A DNA stretch of 32,000 nucleotides from Flavobacteriaceae bacterium (GCA_965224465.1 OZ245049.1:2850001-2882000), one strand, 5' to 3'; numbered from the stretch's first letter, positions 10,712 to 19,376 are shown. Numbers and translations are program-made. The notes: generated by a model from the letters alone, not told the origin.

Positions 10712-10996
10712 CTATAATAATGCTGCAAATTTTGGTATTTTTTTCGCTATTTTAACAGCAATATCACCAAGTTCTTTTATATCTCCAATAAGATGATTTA
10801 GAGACAAATTATCTTTAGATGCCTTCTCTACCACTTTAACAAGAACAGAATACACCCGTAAATCTTTTGTACCTGGAGTAATGGAGTCAATCTCATCTCT
10901 TGATAAGCCTGTCAATATATTTAGTTCTTCTTTATACAATCCATTAAACGCCGCATCTGCTTCTGCAAATAGCTGACTAAATTTATTTTCTGGCAT
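10712..10996 (-). CDS. Hypothetical small protein (94 aa), co-transcribed with the upstream lipoprotein gene
   Basis: ATG at 10996 lies 3 nt after the stop of the 235-aa ORF. No motif recognised. Its composition suggests a helical soluble protein. Confidence 0.55.
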   Translation of the reverse strand: MPENKFSQLFAEADAAFNGLYKEELNILTGLSRDEIDSITPGTKDLRVYSVLVKVVEKASKDNLSLNHLIGDIKELGDIAVKIAKKIPKFAALL

Positions 10997-10999
10997 CTT

Positions 11000-11707
11000 T
11001 TATTTTTTATTGGTTATTTTCTTAATTTGATTTAAAATTTTCTCCATTTTAGAATATGCATCATCGCTTTTAATATCTATTTCCTTTCCTTTTTCGACAG
11101 CATTTCTAACCAATTCAGAGACTTTTAGTAACGTATTTGTAGTTGAATCATCAAACCCTTCCAAGCCAATAATAGACAGCGCTTCCTGCTGACTTCCTTT
11201 AAGTTTCCTAACCGATAATAAATAACTTGTAATGGTAGCATTTGCATAAATAGCATTTTCATAGGATCTGTTGATGTTATTTATTATCTTGTTTTCTTGT
11301 TTTAGAATAGGAGTAAGTAGTTCCTTTCGTTTCGTTTGAATTTGTGCATTGGCGGCTTGTTGGAATTCAAGCATCGTAGCAAGAGCATCATCAGTATTTC
11401 CCTTCCCTCCTGTTTTACCCGCATTTTTAATTGAAGTAAACAATGATGGTTCACCATTATTGAATTTCTCTAATTCTTTTTTCAATACATAATTAATTAC
11501 AAATGGTGAATAGACATCGTCCACAAACACATTGATATCATCTTTGATATTCTCATAATACAACGCAATAACTCCACGATGTGAATGCTGTAAAATTACT
11601 AAGTCACTTCCTAAAACTTTAGATAAGAGAATCGTTTCTTTCGGAATAGAAGCACACGAAGTTAAGGCTGCTGTGATTATTACTGAAATAATAAGTTTCA
11701 TTTTCAT
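11000..11707 (-). CDS. Hypothetical lipoprotein (235 aa)
   Basis: ATG at 11707. Signal peptide with lipobox-like LTSC. The remainder is predicted helical and no family is recognised. Confidence 0.65.
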   Translation of the reverse strand: MKMKLIISVIITAALTSCASIPKETILLSKVLGSDLVILQHSHRGVIALYYENIKDDINVFVDDVYSPFVINYVLKKELEKFNNGEPSLFTSIKNAGKTGGKGNTDDALATMLEFQQAANAQIQTKRKELLTPILKQENKIINNINRSYENAIYANATITSYLLSVRKLKGSQQEALSIIGLEGFDDSTTNTLLKVSELVRNAVEKGKEIDIKSDDAYSKMEKILNQIKKITNKK

Positions 11708-12782
11708 GTTTATTTATATTTAATTATTTCTTACTAATTATTGCCAACACTAGGACTGTATCTATACCACCGAATGCGAGTATTGATAGATAGACGTCAG
11801 TACTCAGTTTTGTTATTCTGTATGCTTATACAATGCCCTTCAAATATACAAAACCTTCGCTCTGGCATACTACCAATTTACTTATTTTAACTAAAATATT
11901 TTCAACCAATAACGGCTGTTCAACACAACATCGATGGTTCGCTTTCTAAATATACTGTGTTAAACGTATAAATACAGGTGGTTTTCTTGTTGTTTTTTAT
12001 CGTTTTCAGACACCAAAATAAAAAACCTCAATCATTTCGATGCAAGCATTGAAGAAATATACCCACTGGTAGTATTAAACGTTCAGCAGCCCACTTGCGT
12101 TAATATATCGTTGAAGATTGATGTTCTATAATCATAAACTTTTCTGTCTTAACATTCTCATTTTTTAATACATCAATACAACAGGGCAATCGTTTCATCG
12201 AAATATAAATTACAGCCTATAAAAAAACACCAATTCCGTAGGCATTCTACGTTATCTCTTCCAATATATTCAATAAAAAACAGACACTAAATGATCGAAA
12301 AACTCATATGAAATCACTAAAAATAAAATTGTTCAGGAAGGGATTCTATTAAAGGATTTAAAACGTAAAATGATTTAAAAAAGACATATAAATATGAAGC
12401 ATCACCCGTGTAATTTCTTTTTTTGTTCAGTAAATATCACAAAAAAAATAGTTAAATCACAGCCTTCTATTTTAGCAGTTTTTAGATACTATTTCTATGT
12501 AAAAGCATGGTTTTTTTGTGAAAAAAGGAAAATAAAAAAGGAAATTAAAAATATAAAAAGGTGTTTCCCTTAAGTATGCAATATTAATTCATGGATTAAC
12601 GGGGTTTTTATTTTTTGTATTCGCAATAAAACACGTGTAAATCAATTTATTTAGGAATTGAAAGTGTTAAAAGCAGATTAAAAATTAAAAGTTTGATTTA
12701 GCCAATCGTTGAACTATATATTTTCATACTTTTGTTCCTTTTATTCTCAAGAAAGTTATAAGCTAAATTTAAAAACTAAATT

Positions 12783-13169
12783 ATGATAAAAACAATTTTT
12801 AATAGTACAAAAAGAAACATGCGATATACTTTAGGTGTATCATTGCTTTTTGTTTTACTCATCTCGTGCAGTAAACCAATTTCTAAACAATCAACTTCAG
12901 AATCTCTTAATGTTTCGGATACTCAAGGGATCGTAGGATATTGGAAAGGAGATAATATTGATAAGTACACTATTAATGTGAGTGTTGCTGGTACAATAGA
13001 TAGTCAAATTATAGGTATTGTTACAGATTTACCTGCTAAATTTAGAACAGAAGGTACCGTGGTTATTTTTAGTGGAAGGTATGAAACATCAAGTTTAAAC
13101 CCTAGTCCAAAGATGGGAGGTCAAAAGATCTACACGCTTATTTTATCTTCAATCAAAAAGAAAGAATAA
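12783..13169 (+). CDS. Hypothetical lipoprotein (128 aa)
   Basis: ATG at 12783. Signal peptide plus LLISCSK lipobox. Followed by a terminator. Confidence 0.6.
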   Translation: MIKTIFNSTKRNMRYTLGVSLLFVLLISCSKPISKQSTSESLNVSDTQGIVGYWKGDNIDKYTINVSVAGTIDSQIIGIVTDLPAKFRTEGTVVIFSGRYETSSLNPSPKMGGQKIYTLILSSIKKKE

Positions 13170-13177
13170 ACAACTAC

Positions 13178-13235
13178 AGCGCTCAAAACCAGGTAGAACC
13201 CAATATAACCTACTAATTTTGAGCGTTTTTTTTTT
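13178..13235 (+). terminator. Rho-independent terminator after the 128-aa lipoprotein gene
   Basis: agcgctcaaaa (13178-13188) pairs with ttttgagcg (13217-13225). A 10-nt T-run follows at 13226-13235. Confidence 0.65.
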
Positions 13236-13503
13236 ATTTCTAAAAATACATTTCCCTTCAGATAACGTGTTTTATCTCTGTGGAAATAGAAGAACATTTC
13301 TTATATTATATTTCTAAAGGAACGTTCTAAATGATGTTTTTTAAAGGTTCTGCTTTTGCATAAAACACTATTCTACGATGCCTTATTTTACCGATTTCAT
13401 TAGAAGAAACAAATGCACACGGAAAACCGTATGCTCCGTGAGTGATTGTTATAATATCGCGGCTTTTTTTATACAGATGCAGTCCTAATCCTACATGATT
13501 TAT

Positions 13504-13559
13504 ACAATTACAATCCAAAACAACGGATATAAATAGTTTGTTTTACGTTCTAGCGTTGT
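13504..13559 (+). repeat. MITE-like repeat copy A, left part (consensus positions ~1-56), split by IS30 insertion
   Basis: acaattacaatccaaaacaacggatataaatagtttgttttacgttctagcgttgt aligns to the first 56 nt of the 161-bp unit at 23938 and 24100. It ends in TGT (13557-13559), which is duplicated at 14685-14687. Confidence 0.8.
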
Positions 13560-14684
13560 CTTAAATTCAACTAATAAACGCAACTTTTCGATTTGATTCT
13601 ATGATGGTTATATTTTCAAAACAGAAAAGTAGGAAAACCTACCTTTCTTGTCTTGATGGATATGTATCTTACGGTCTCAAATCTCGAAAAAAGAAGTTGT
13701 ATGAAACACATCACCCAAGCGCAAAGATACACAATTTGTTGCATGTTAAAACAAGGTTATAAACAGGTTGAGATAGCAGCTGCTATAGGAAAAGACAAGT
13801 CTGTTATTAGCAAAGAGATTAAGCGTAATTCAGACAAAAGAAATGGAGTTTACAAGCATGAATTAGCCCAAAAAAAGTATGCTAAACGTCATAAAGAAAA
13901 GCCTAAAAGAAAACGCTTTACAGAAGATATTCAACAAGCAATAGAGTTGTTATTGCGAGACGATTATAGTCCTGAGCAAGTAGTTGGTGTCCTAAAAAAA
14001 CAAGGTAAAGAAACGGTGTCTATTGAGCGTATATATCAGCATATTAGGGAAGACAAGAGGAATGATGGTGATTTACATACACACCTTCGCAGACAGGGAA
14101 GGAGATATAGAAAACGTGGCTCATCAAAGGATTCTAGAGGGGTTATAAAGAATCGTATTAGTATAGAACAACGCCCTGAAGTTGTTGAACAAAGAAATCG
14201 ATTTGGAGATTTAGAGGTCGATTTAATCATAGGTAAAAACCATAATCAAGCCATACTTACCGTAAATGATAGAGCTTCTGGAATGCTTAAAATGAAAAAA
14301 GTAAGCTCTAAAGAAGCAGTTGTTGTCACTAAAGCTATCAATGAAATATTAGAAGACTGGAAGCCTTATCTACATACTATAACAGCTGATAATGGAAAAG
14401 AATTTGCAGGCCATGAGCAGGTTGCAGAAAATTTATGTATTGATTACTTTTTTGCGCATCCATATCACTCTTGGGAAAGAGGATCTAACGAAAATTTAAA
14501 TGGTTTGATTAGACAATATTTTGCCAAAGGAAGTGACTTTACAAACCTAACAGATCAAAGAATCAAAGAGGTAGAAACAAAATTAAATAACAGACCTAGG
14601 AAGAGACATAAATATCAAAACCCTATATTTGTAATGGAACAATTATTATTTAACTAAAAGTTGCGTTTGTGACTTGAATTCAGC
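13560..14684 (+). mobile_element. IS30-family insertion sequence (~1125 bp) with imperfect terminal IRs and 3-bp TSD (TGT)
   Basis: The left end cttaaattcaactaataaacgcaactttt and the reverse complement of the right end gctgaattcaagtcacaaacgcaactttt match at 23 of 29 positions by hand count. A single transposase ORF lies inside. The flanks reconstitute one uninterrupted MITE copy once one TGT is removed. Boundaries are good to within about 3 nt. Confidence 0.85.
13701..14657 (+). CDS. IS30-family DDE transposase
   Basis: The ORF-track start at 13653 is TTG. ATG at 13701 gives MKHITQAQRYTICCML, a typical IS30 HTH N-terminus. Catalytic region motifs: DLEVDLIIG, ITADNGKEF, HSWERGSNENLNGLIRQYF. 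Confidence 0.9.
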   Translation: MKHITQAQRYTICCMLKQGYKQVEIAAAIGKDKSVISKEIKRNSDKRNGVYKHELAQKKYAKRHKEKPKRKRFTEDIQQAIELLLRDDYSPEQVVGVLKKQGKETVSIERIYQHIREDKRNDGDLHTHLRRQGRRYRKRGSSKDSRGVIKNRISIEQRPEVVEQRNRFGDLEVDLIIGKNHNQAILTVNDRASGMLKMKKVSSKEAVVVTKAINEILEDWKPYLHTITADNGKEFAGHEQVAENLCIDYFFAHPYHSWERGSNENLNGLIRQYFAKGSDFTNLTDQRIKEVETKLNNRPRKRHKYQNPIFVMEQLLFN

Positions 14685-14799
14685 TGTTAAAAAACAGAAC
14701 GATCGCTATATATTCTTCGATTTTTTAGCTAGCTAAAACAAAACATAATTCCATTTTAAAATTTAACAATAGTTTTAGAAACTATTTATATAATTATGG
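14685..14799 (+). repeat. MITE-like repeat copy A, right part
   Basis: tgttaaaaaacagaacgatcgctata...ttagctagctaaaacaaaacataattccattt aligns to consensus positions ~54 onward. The last ~45 nt is more diverged but still ends in taattatgg (consensus taattggg). Confidence 0.7.
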
Positions 14800-14879
14800 A
14801 GTTTGGCTTATTACTTGTTGGAAAGAATCTGCCTTTTAAATTACAGTTATTATGACAGGCATTCTTATCATCTAGAAAC

Positions 14880-15374
14880 ATGACCGAAGAAGAAAAAATA
14901 CGATGGAATAAAATTCTAAATTTTGAAATTGATGATGTAAAATCTTCTTTTACATTTACAGATAAATTAGCAAGAGAAAACGATTGGTCGATGGAGTATT
15001 CATTAAGAGCCATTCATGAATACAAAAGATTTATATTTTTAATAACTATATCTAATAACCCACAAACACCATCGGATCAGGTGGATCAAGTTTGGCATCT
15101 TCATTTACTTTATACAGAATCCTATTGGATCGAATTCTGCAAACACACTATAAATAAAAACATTCATCACGGCCCAACAAAAGGCGTTGAAGAAAAAAGC
15201 TTATTTAAAGAAAGATATACAAATACACTTGCGTTTTATGAATCCGTTTTTAATGAAAAGCCTCCAAAAGATATTTGGATTGATGTCGAAACTAGATTCA
15301 ATGAAATTCGTTTTACCAGAGTAAATAGAAAAAGAAATTGGGTAATCCCAAAACTATATATAAAAAAACAATGA
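14880..15374 (+). CDS. GRDP-like (DUF1399-type) His-rich protein of unknown function (164 aa)
   Basis: ATG at 14880. Core FTDKLARENDWS...AIHEYKRFIFL...PSDQVDQVWHLHLLYTESYW..FCKHT......IHHGP matches my recollection of the GRDP-like signature (Pfam PF07173). Not verified by search. Confidence 0.7.
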   Translation: MTEEEKIRWNKILNFEIDDVKSSFTFTDKLARENDWSMEYSLRAIHEYKRFIFLITISNNPQTPSDQVDQVWHLHLLYTESYWIEFCKHTINKNIHHGPTKGVEEKSLFKERYTNTLAFYESVFNEKPPKDIWIDVETRFNEIRFTRVNRKRNWVIPKLYIKKQ

Positions 15375-16180
15375 AAATACTCTCAAAAATAACACCCGCA
15401 GAAACAATGCTTATTATGGATTGTACTTCTGTAGAACTCAGAGATTTAATTAAATTTACTTTTATGGATTTACTTCGAAAAAAGGTAATTGAAGTAAAGG
15501 AAATTAGTGAAGAATCTCAAGAAAAAAACACAACGCTTCAAAGCAATAAATATGTTGTGGCTGGTAAAAATTTCAGTACATACAAGCCGAAAAATCACGA
15601 AACACATTATTTAAGCCCCTTTACAAAGAGTGCTTCTATTCAGATATTATTTAAGCACTTTGTAAAAATGGTGTATCAATTTTCAAATGGATCTTGGAGT
15701 TACAGCAAATTAATAAGAACCAATCAGGGAATAAGCAATTATTTTGTGCAAGGATTTTTTTTAAAGTTGTTTCGGACACATAAATTAACGGATACTGGAG
15801 CACGTTTAAAAAATGATCTCTCAAAGTACCTAAAGGATGTTGACAAAAAGATTGAGCATCTATTAGACAATGATAAGGAAAAAGGATTAGAACTTTTAGT
15901 GAGCCTTGGTGGGAATATATTTTTACTTAAAAATATAGATTTTAAACTTCTACAAAATATAGACAAAGAATTCGCGGAGCAACTAAAAATTGGAGAAACC
16001 GATACAGATGATCTTGATAGTGATTGGTACTTGGATTTTGATTATTTTGAAGACGCATATTTGTTAGACTCCTATTTTGAAACTTCTGAGGACACTTATG
16101 GTTCTTTCGATTCTGATTTCGAAGATTCAGAATCCTCTTCTGACGACAGTGGATGCAGCAGTTGTAGCGATGGTGATTGA
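15371..16180 (+). CDS. Hypothetical protein (269 aa) with hyper-acidic, aromatic, Ser-rich C-terminal tail ending GCSSCSDGD
   Basis: The ORF-track start at 15338 is TTG. ATG at 15371 overlaps the upstream TGA (ATGA at 15371-15374). No TM helix. The N-terminus ITPAETMLIMDCTSVELRDLIKFTFMDLLRKKVIEV is reminiscent of the TIGR04222-type N-terminal domain (recollection only). By my count the last 62 aa hold 23 D/E, 13 S, 11 aromatic and no K/R/H. Confidence 0.7.
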   Translation: MKILSKITPAETMLIMDCTSVELRDLIKFTFMDLLRKKVIEVKEISEESQEKNTTLQSNKYVVAGKNFSTYKPKNHETHYLSPFTKSASIQILFKHFVKMVYQFSNGSWSYSKLIRTNQGISNYFVQGFFLKLFRTHKLTDTGARLKNDLSKYLKDVDKKIEHLLDNDKEKGLELLVSLGGNIFLLKNIDFKLLQNIDKEFAEQLKIGETDTDDLDSDWYLDFDYFEDAYLLDSYFETSEDTYGSFDSDFEDSESSSDDSGCSSCSDGD

Positions 16181-16516
16181 TATTTTCACTCCAAAACAGT
16201 TTCAATCTTCTGTATAAATCAAACTTTTTTATCGTTTGAAAACAGAAACAACACCTACGAATATTCACCTGTGCACTACCTGTGTAAATAAAAAAACACA
16301 GCCTATTTTCGAGCTCAATTTACTGATGATTTATACATTGGGTATTATTTGCTGAGGTTTCGTGGATAACACCAACTTAACTATATAACACCACATTATA
16401 TGGTTTCTTTATCACAGGATATTTGTAAAAAATAAAAGCAACATATTTATATTTAGCTAAGTAATAAACAGAAACGAAAGGCACTTGTGTAAGCGTACGG
16501 TAAAGTACACCCTTGA

Positions 16517-18019
16517 TTATTTATCAACAGGCTTCCAATTTTGAGGCAGTAACTCCGAAAGTTTATTAGCCTTATGTTCTGGTAATCTATTAAGGACATC
16601 ACATAGCCACGTATGTGGGTTTACGTTATTCTTTTTGCAAGTAGCAAAAAAGCTATAAAATAGAGCTATGTTTTGTGCGGACTCATGACTGCCAGCAAAG
16701 AGATAATTTTTTCTGCCAATAGCTAAAGGTCTTATGGCATTTTCTATATTATTGTTGTCTATTTCAAACCTGCCATCATCGATGTATAGTTTTAGGTTTT
16801 GCCATATTTTAAGAGTATAAGCAATTGCTTTTCCTATGGCACTTTTAGGCAGTACGTTTTTTCGCTCTTTTGTAAGATAAATTTCTATTCCGTCTAAAAC
16901 AGGTGATGCATGTTTTTCTCTATATGCTTTAGTTTGCTCAATAGTTAATTCTTGTTCTTTTATTTTACGTTCTATCTTGTATAGCTTTTGAATTTCCAAC
17001 AAAACAACATCCGCTCTTTTAGGATCATTATCCAGCGCCTTCTCAAAATACCGCCTAGCATGAGCCATGCAACCTAAAAGAGTAATTTCTCCTTTTGTTG
17101 TTAAGTTTTGGTATGCAGCATACCCATCGGACTGTAGTGTCCCATTGAAATCTTTAAAAAACTCTTCTGGAACAACTTTTCCTCTCCCTTTATTGTATTC
17201 AAAAAGAACTAAATTTTTAACAGGATTTCGATACACCCACATATACCCTCTGTGTGTTGATTTTTTCTTGTCTTTATCTAAAACCTTTATAGGAGATTCG
17301 TCTGCTTGAATATAATTGGCATTTTCTAAAAACTGAGCCTTAAATGTATCGTATAAAGGAGCGATAAGCTCCGAACTTTTAGATACCCATCCTCCAATTG
17401 TTGATTTACTTACTTTTAAATCTTGTCGTTTAAAAATTTGAATTAATCTGTAAAGTGGTAAATGGTCTACAAATTTTGAAATAAGTATAAAGGCCAATAA
17501 ACTTGCTGATGCATTTCCTTTAGGTATCGGTAAGCTTGGTAATTCTGCTATAACAACGCCTTTTTCTTCCGGAAGTGCATATTTAGGTCTTACAATTCGT
17601 CTTACAAAAACGGAAAGAGGCGTTATTTCTAAAAGTTCTGTAACTTCTTCTCCTATTTTTACAGCTCCTTCTTCTATGTGCTTAGGCTCTATAATCTCTT
17701 CTACTCGCGGAAAATGCGCAGGTATAGAAGAGCGAACAGGTTTTTTCTTTCCTTTCTTCTTTTGTTTTCTTTCGTAGATTACAATATGTTTTTTGTATGC
17801 CTCTTCTTTCTCAGCTATTATTTTTCCGAAAAGCGACAATTGATTTGTGTCAACAGGGATAAAACGTTCGCTTTTAGACCCGAAAACCATTCTTTTAAGC
17901 TGCTCGTATTGCTGCTTAATTTCAGCTAGTTCTTGAGCTGTTTTTTCAAGTTCAATCTTTAAAATTACCAGCTCTTTTTGTATGTCTATTGTATTGTTTT
18001 CCACACTATAAATATACAA
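16517..18019 (-). CDS. IS66-family transposase (TnpC-type)
   Basis: 500 aa. Motifs: N-terminal coiled coil then LKRMVFGSKSERF, ADESPIKVL, GYMWVY, LQSDGYAAY, CMAHARRYF, NNNIENAIRPLAIGRKNYLFAGS. The ORF-track start codon at 18019 is TTG and a GTG follows at 18004; there is no in-frame ATG near the N-terminus. Confidence 0.92.
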   Translation of the reverse strand: MYIYSVENNTIDIQKELVILKIELEKTAQELAEIKQQYEQLKRMVFGSKSERFIPVDTNQLSLFGKIIAEKEEAYKKHIVIYERKQKKKGKKKPVRSSIPAHFPRVEEIIEPKHIEEGAVKIGEEVTELLEITPLSVFVRRIVRPKYALPEEKGVVIAELPSLPIPKGNASASLLAFILISKFVDHLPLYRLIQIFKRQDLKVSKSTIGGWVSKSSELIAPLYDTFKAQFLENANYIQADESPIKVLDKDKKKSTHRGYMWVYRNPVKNLVLFEYNKGRGKVVPEEFFKDFNGTLQSDGYAAYQNLTTKGEITLLGCMAHARRYFEKALDNDPKRADVVLLEIQKLYKIERKIKEQELTIEQTKAYREKHASPVLDGIEIYLTKERKNVLPKSAIGKAIAYTLKIWQNLKLYIDDGRFEIDNNNIENAIRPLAIGRKNYLFAGSHESAQNIALFYSFFATCKKNNVNPHTWLCDVLNRLPEHKANKLSELLPQNWKPVDK

Positions 18020-18062
18020 AAAACAAGACTAAATAGCAGGTAAAACCTACAGTTTTATTGAA

Positions 18063-18416
18063 TTATTTAGCCTCTAAATAACGTTCGTTTTTCTGAGTAT
18101 TTATAATACTAATTCCGTCTAAAACCATAACCATTTGGGTATAACTCAAAACTACTAATCCATCTTCAATGTCGTATTTTGGAAGCTCAAAAATACCTCG
18201 TTCCAATCGTTTATAATACAGTACAAATCCTCCAGGTCGCCAATGAAGAAGTTTTAGTTTATTTTTTTGCTTATTGATAAATGCATAAACACTATTTCTA
18301 TCTCGCTCTTGTTCCATGTGCTCACTAACTAATCCACTTAATCCATTAAATCCTTTTCGCATATCAACTGCAGATAAGTGATAATAATACGTGTGTTCTG
18401 TACCTAATCCTAACAT
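18063..18416 (-). CDS. tnpB: IS66 Orf2-like accessory protein (TnpB)
   Basis: 117 aa with ATG at 18416. VDMRKGFNGLSGLV and LKLLHWRPGGFVLYYKRLERG are typical of IS66 orf2 proteins. It lies 43 nt upstream of the transposase gene. Confidence 0.88.
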   Translation of the reverse strand: MLGLGTEHTYYYHLSAVDMRKGFNGLSGLVSEHMEQERDRNSVYAFINKQKNKLKLLHWRPGGFVLYYKRLERGIFELPKYDIEDGLVVLSYTQMVMVLDGISIINTQKNERYLEAK

Positions 18417-18872
18417 TTATATTTTCGTTTTTGTTTAGATGCAAAAATTAGATTATTTTTAACTTCTTACAAGATGTAGTTCTCCGTACGCTTACGCACT
18501 TGTTAACTGCCCTATGTTTCTTATACTAACCTCAGACTGTCTAAAAACTATTGTTAAAAACAATAAAATTTACCCGCTTATAAATTATCCTAAATCTATG
18601 ATTGTTAGCGACATTAAGCGCTAAATACATCAAAGGATACGATAGAAATGAAGCTGTTTAATTCCAAAAACTATAGATTTATTGTCGCCACATAAAAAAC
18701 ATGAAATAAAATGCATTGACAGTTTTAGATTCAAAGACATTCGATTAAATAAAAACGGAAGGCCGCTTCTCTCCCCAAAGATTTACTTAAACGTTACATC
18801 TATGGATACCAAAACACACTGTCTAGTATATACTCCTATATTTTTCAAATACTGTTTAGAAATCACATCCAC

Positions 18873-19376
18873 TTAGAAGCGATACCCAAGGTTGATCCCA
18901 ATTCTAGGAACAATAGCAGGGGATACATCTGTAAACATGTTTCTTCCCAAACCACCATAAATATCAAGGACAAAACCAGCACTGGAAATGTATTTTGTTC
19001 CTAAAGAAATCCCGAGTGCACCATCCGTATATTTTTCATAGTTTTTTACCGAAGTCCCTTTTATAGACGTTTCTTTCTCCCCTTTATTTAGTGCAAAAAA
19101 CACTTCTCCAAACATATTCCAATTTTGATTTCTGGTAAAACTATGTCGAAAATACGGGGTAATCATTCGGTCTTCGTTGTATCTAAAATCGGAAGATTTT
19201 TTTTCAAAATTAAACAATGCTGAGATCCCAACGGACGATTGTTCGCTTAAGAAATGCTCATAAGAAATCTCAAAAGTTTTCAATGCTAAAGCATCCAGTA
19301 AATCTACTTTAATTTCTTGCTGCGCATGAGACACACTTCCCATACATAAGGCTATTACTACCAGTATTTTTTTCAT
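18873..19376 (-). CDS. Small outer-membrane beta-barrel protein (167 aa)
   Basis: Signal peptide (ALCMGSVSHAQQ), alternating hydrophobic beta-strand pattern, and a C-terminal GINLGYRF with terminal Phe as in OMP sorting signals. Confidence 0.65.
   Translation of the reverse strand: MKKILVVIALCMGSVSHAQQEIKVDLLDALALKTFEISYEHFLSEQSSVGISALFNFEKKSSDFRYNEDRMITPYFRHSFTRNQNWNMFGEVFFALNKGEKETSIKGTSVKNYEKYTDGALGISLGTKYISSAGFVLDIYGGLGRNMFTDVSPAIVPRIGINLGYRF

Larger units (their letters stand above)
16489..18495 (-). mobile_element. IS66-family insertion sequence (2007 bp), two-ORF form, with perfect 8-bp target-site duplication GCACTTGT
   Basis: The ends are gtaagcgtacgg (16489-16500) and ccgtacgcttac (18484-18495), a 12/12 inverted repeat that extends imperfectly to ~26 bp. 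GTAAGCG termini are typical of IS66. Direct repeats gcacttgt lie at 16481-16488 and 18496-18503. Confidence 0.92.

Noticed and set aside
10608-10796. 62-aa plus-strand ORF downstream of the PUL terminator
   Set aside because: It overlaps the 3' end of the better-supported 94-aa minus-strand gene. It has no recognisable motif and lies after a strong terminator.
12394-12573. 59-codon ORF in the long intergenic stretch as a real small protein
   Set aside because: Its K/F/I/N-rich composition is what random translation of AT-rich DNA gives, and there is no evident ribosome-binding context. I kept it only as a note under the intergenic finding because a weak terminator-like hairpin overlaps its stop codon.
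13327-13518. 63-aa minus-strand ORF (MDCNCINHVGLG...)
   Set aside because: Its start codon lies inside the MITE copy. It has no partner gene or recognisable motif. At most it is a remnant of a disrupted gene, which I cannot support from sequence alone.
13550-14708. Apparent compensatory change in an internal MITE hairpin (tagcG...Cgcta in copy A versus tagcC...Ggcta in copy D), hinting at a conserved structure
   Set aside because: Copies C and B carry A and T at the same second-arm position and are therefore mismatched. The position looks hypervariable rather than covarying, and four copies are too few to support a structure claim.
15739-16268. Minus-strand ORFs 15739-15966 and 15942-16268
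   Set aside because: They are antisense to the 269-aa gene, and their repetitive composition mirrors the acidic, Ser-rich tail on the opposite strand.
13560-18495. IS30 plus IS66 as the arms of a composite transposon carrying the GRDP-like pair
   Set aside because: The two elements belong to different families, and each has its own target-site duplication (TGT and GCACTTGT). They are independent insertions, and no shared outer TSD is visible.
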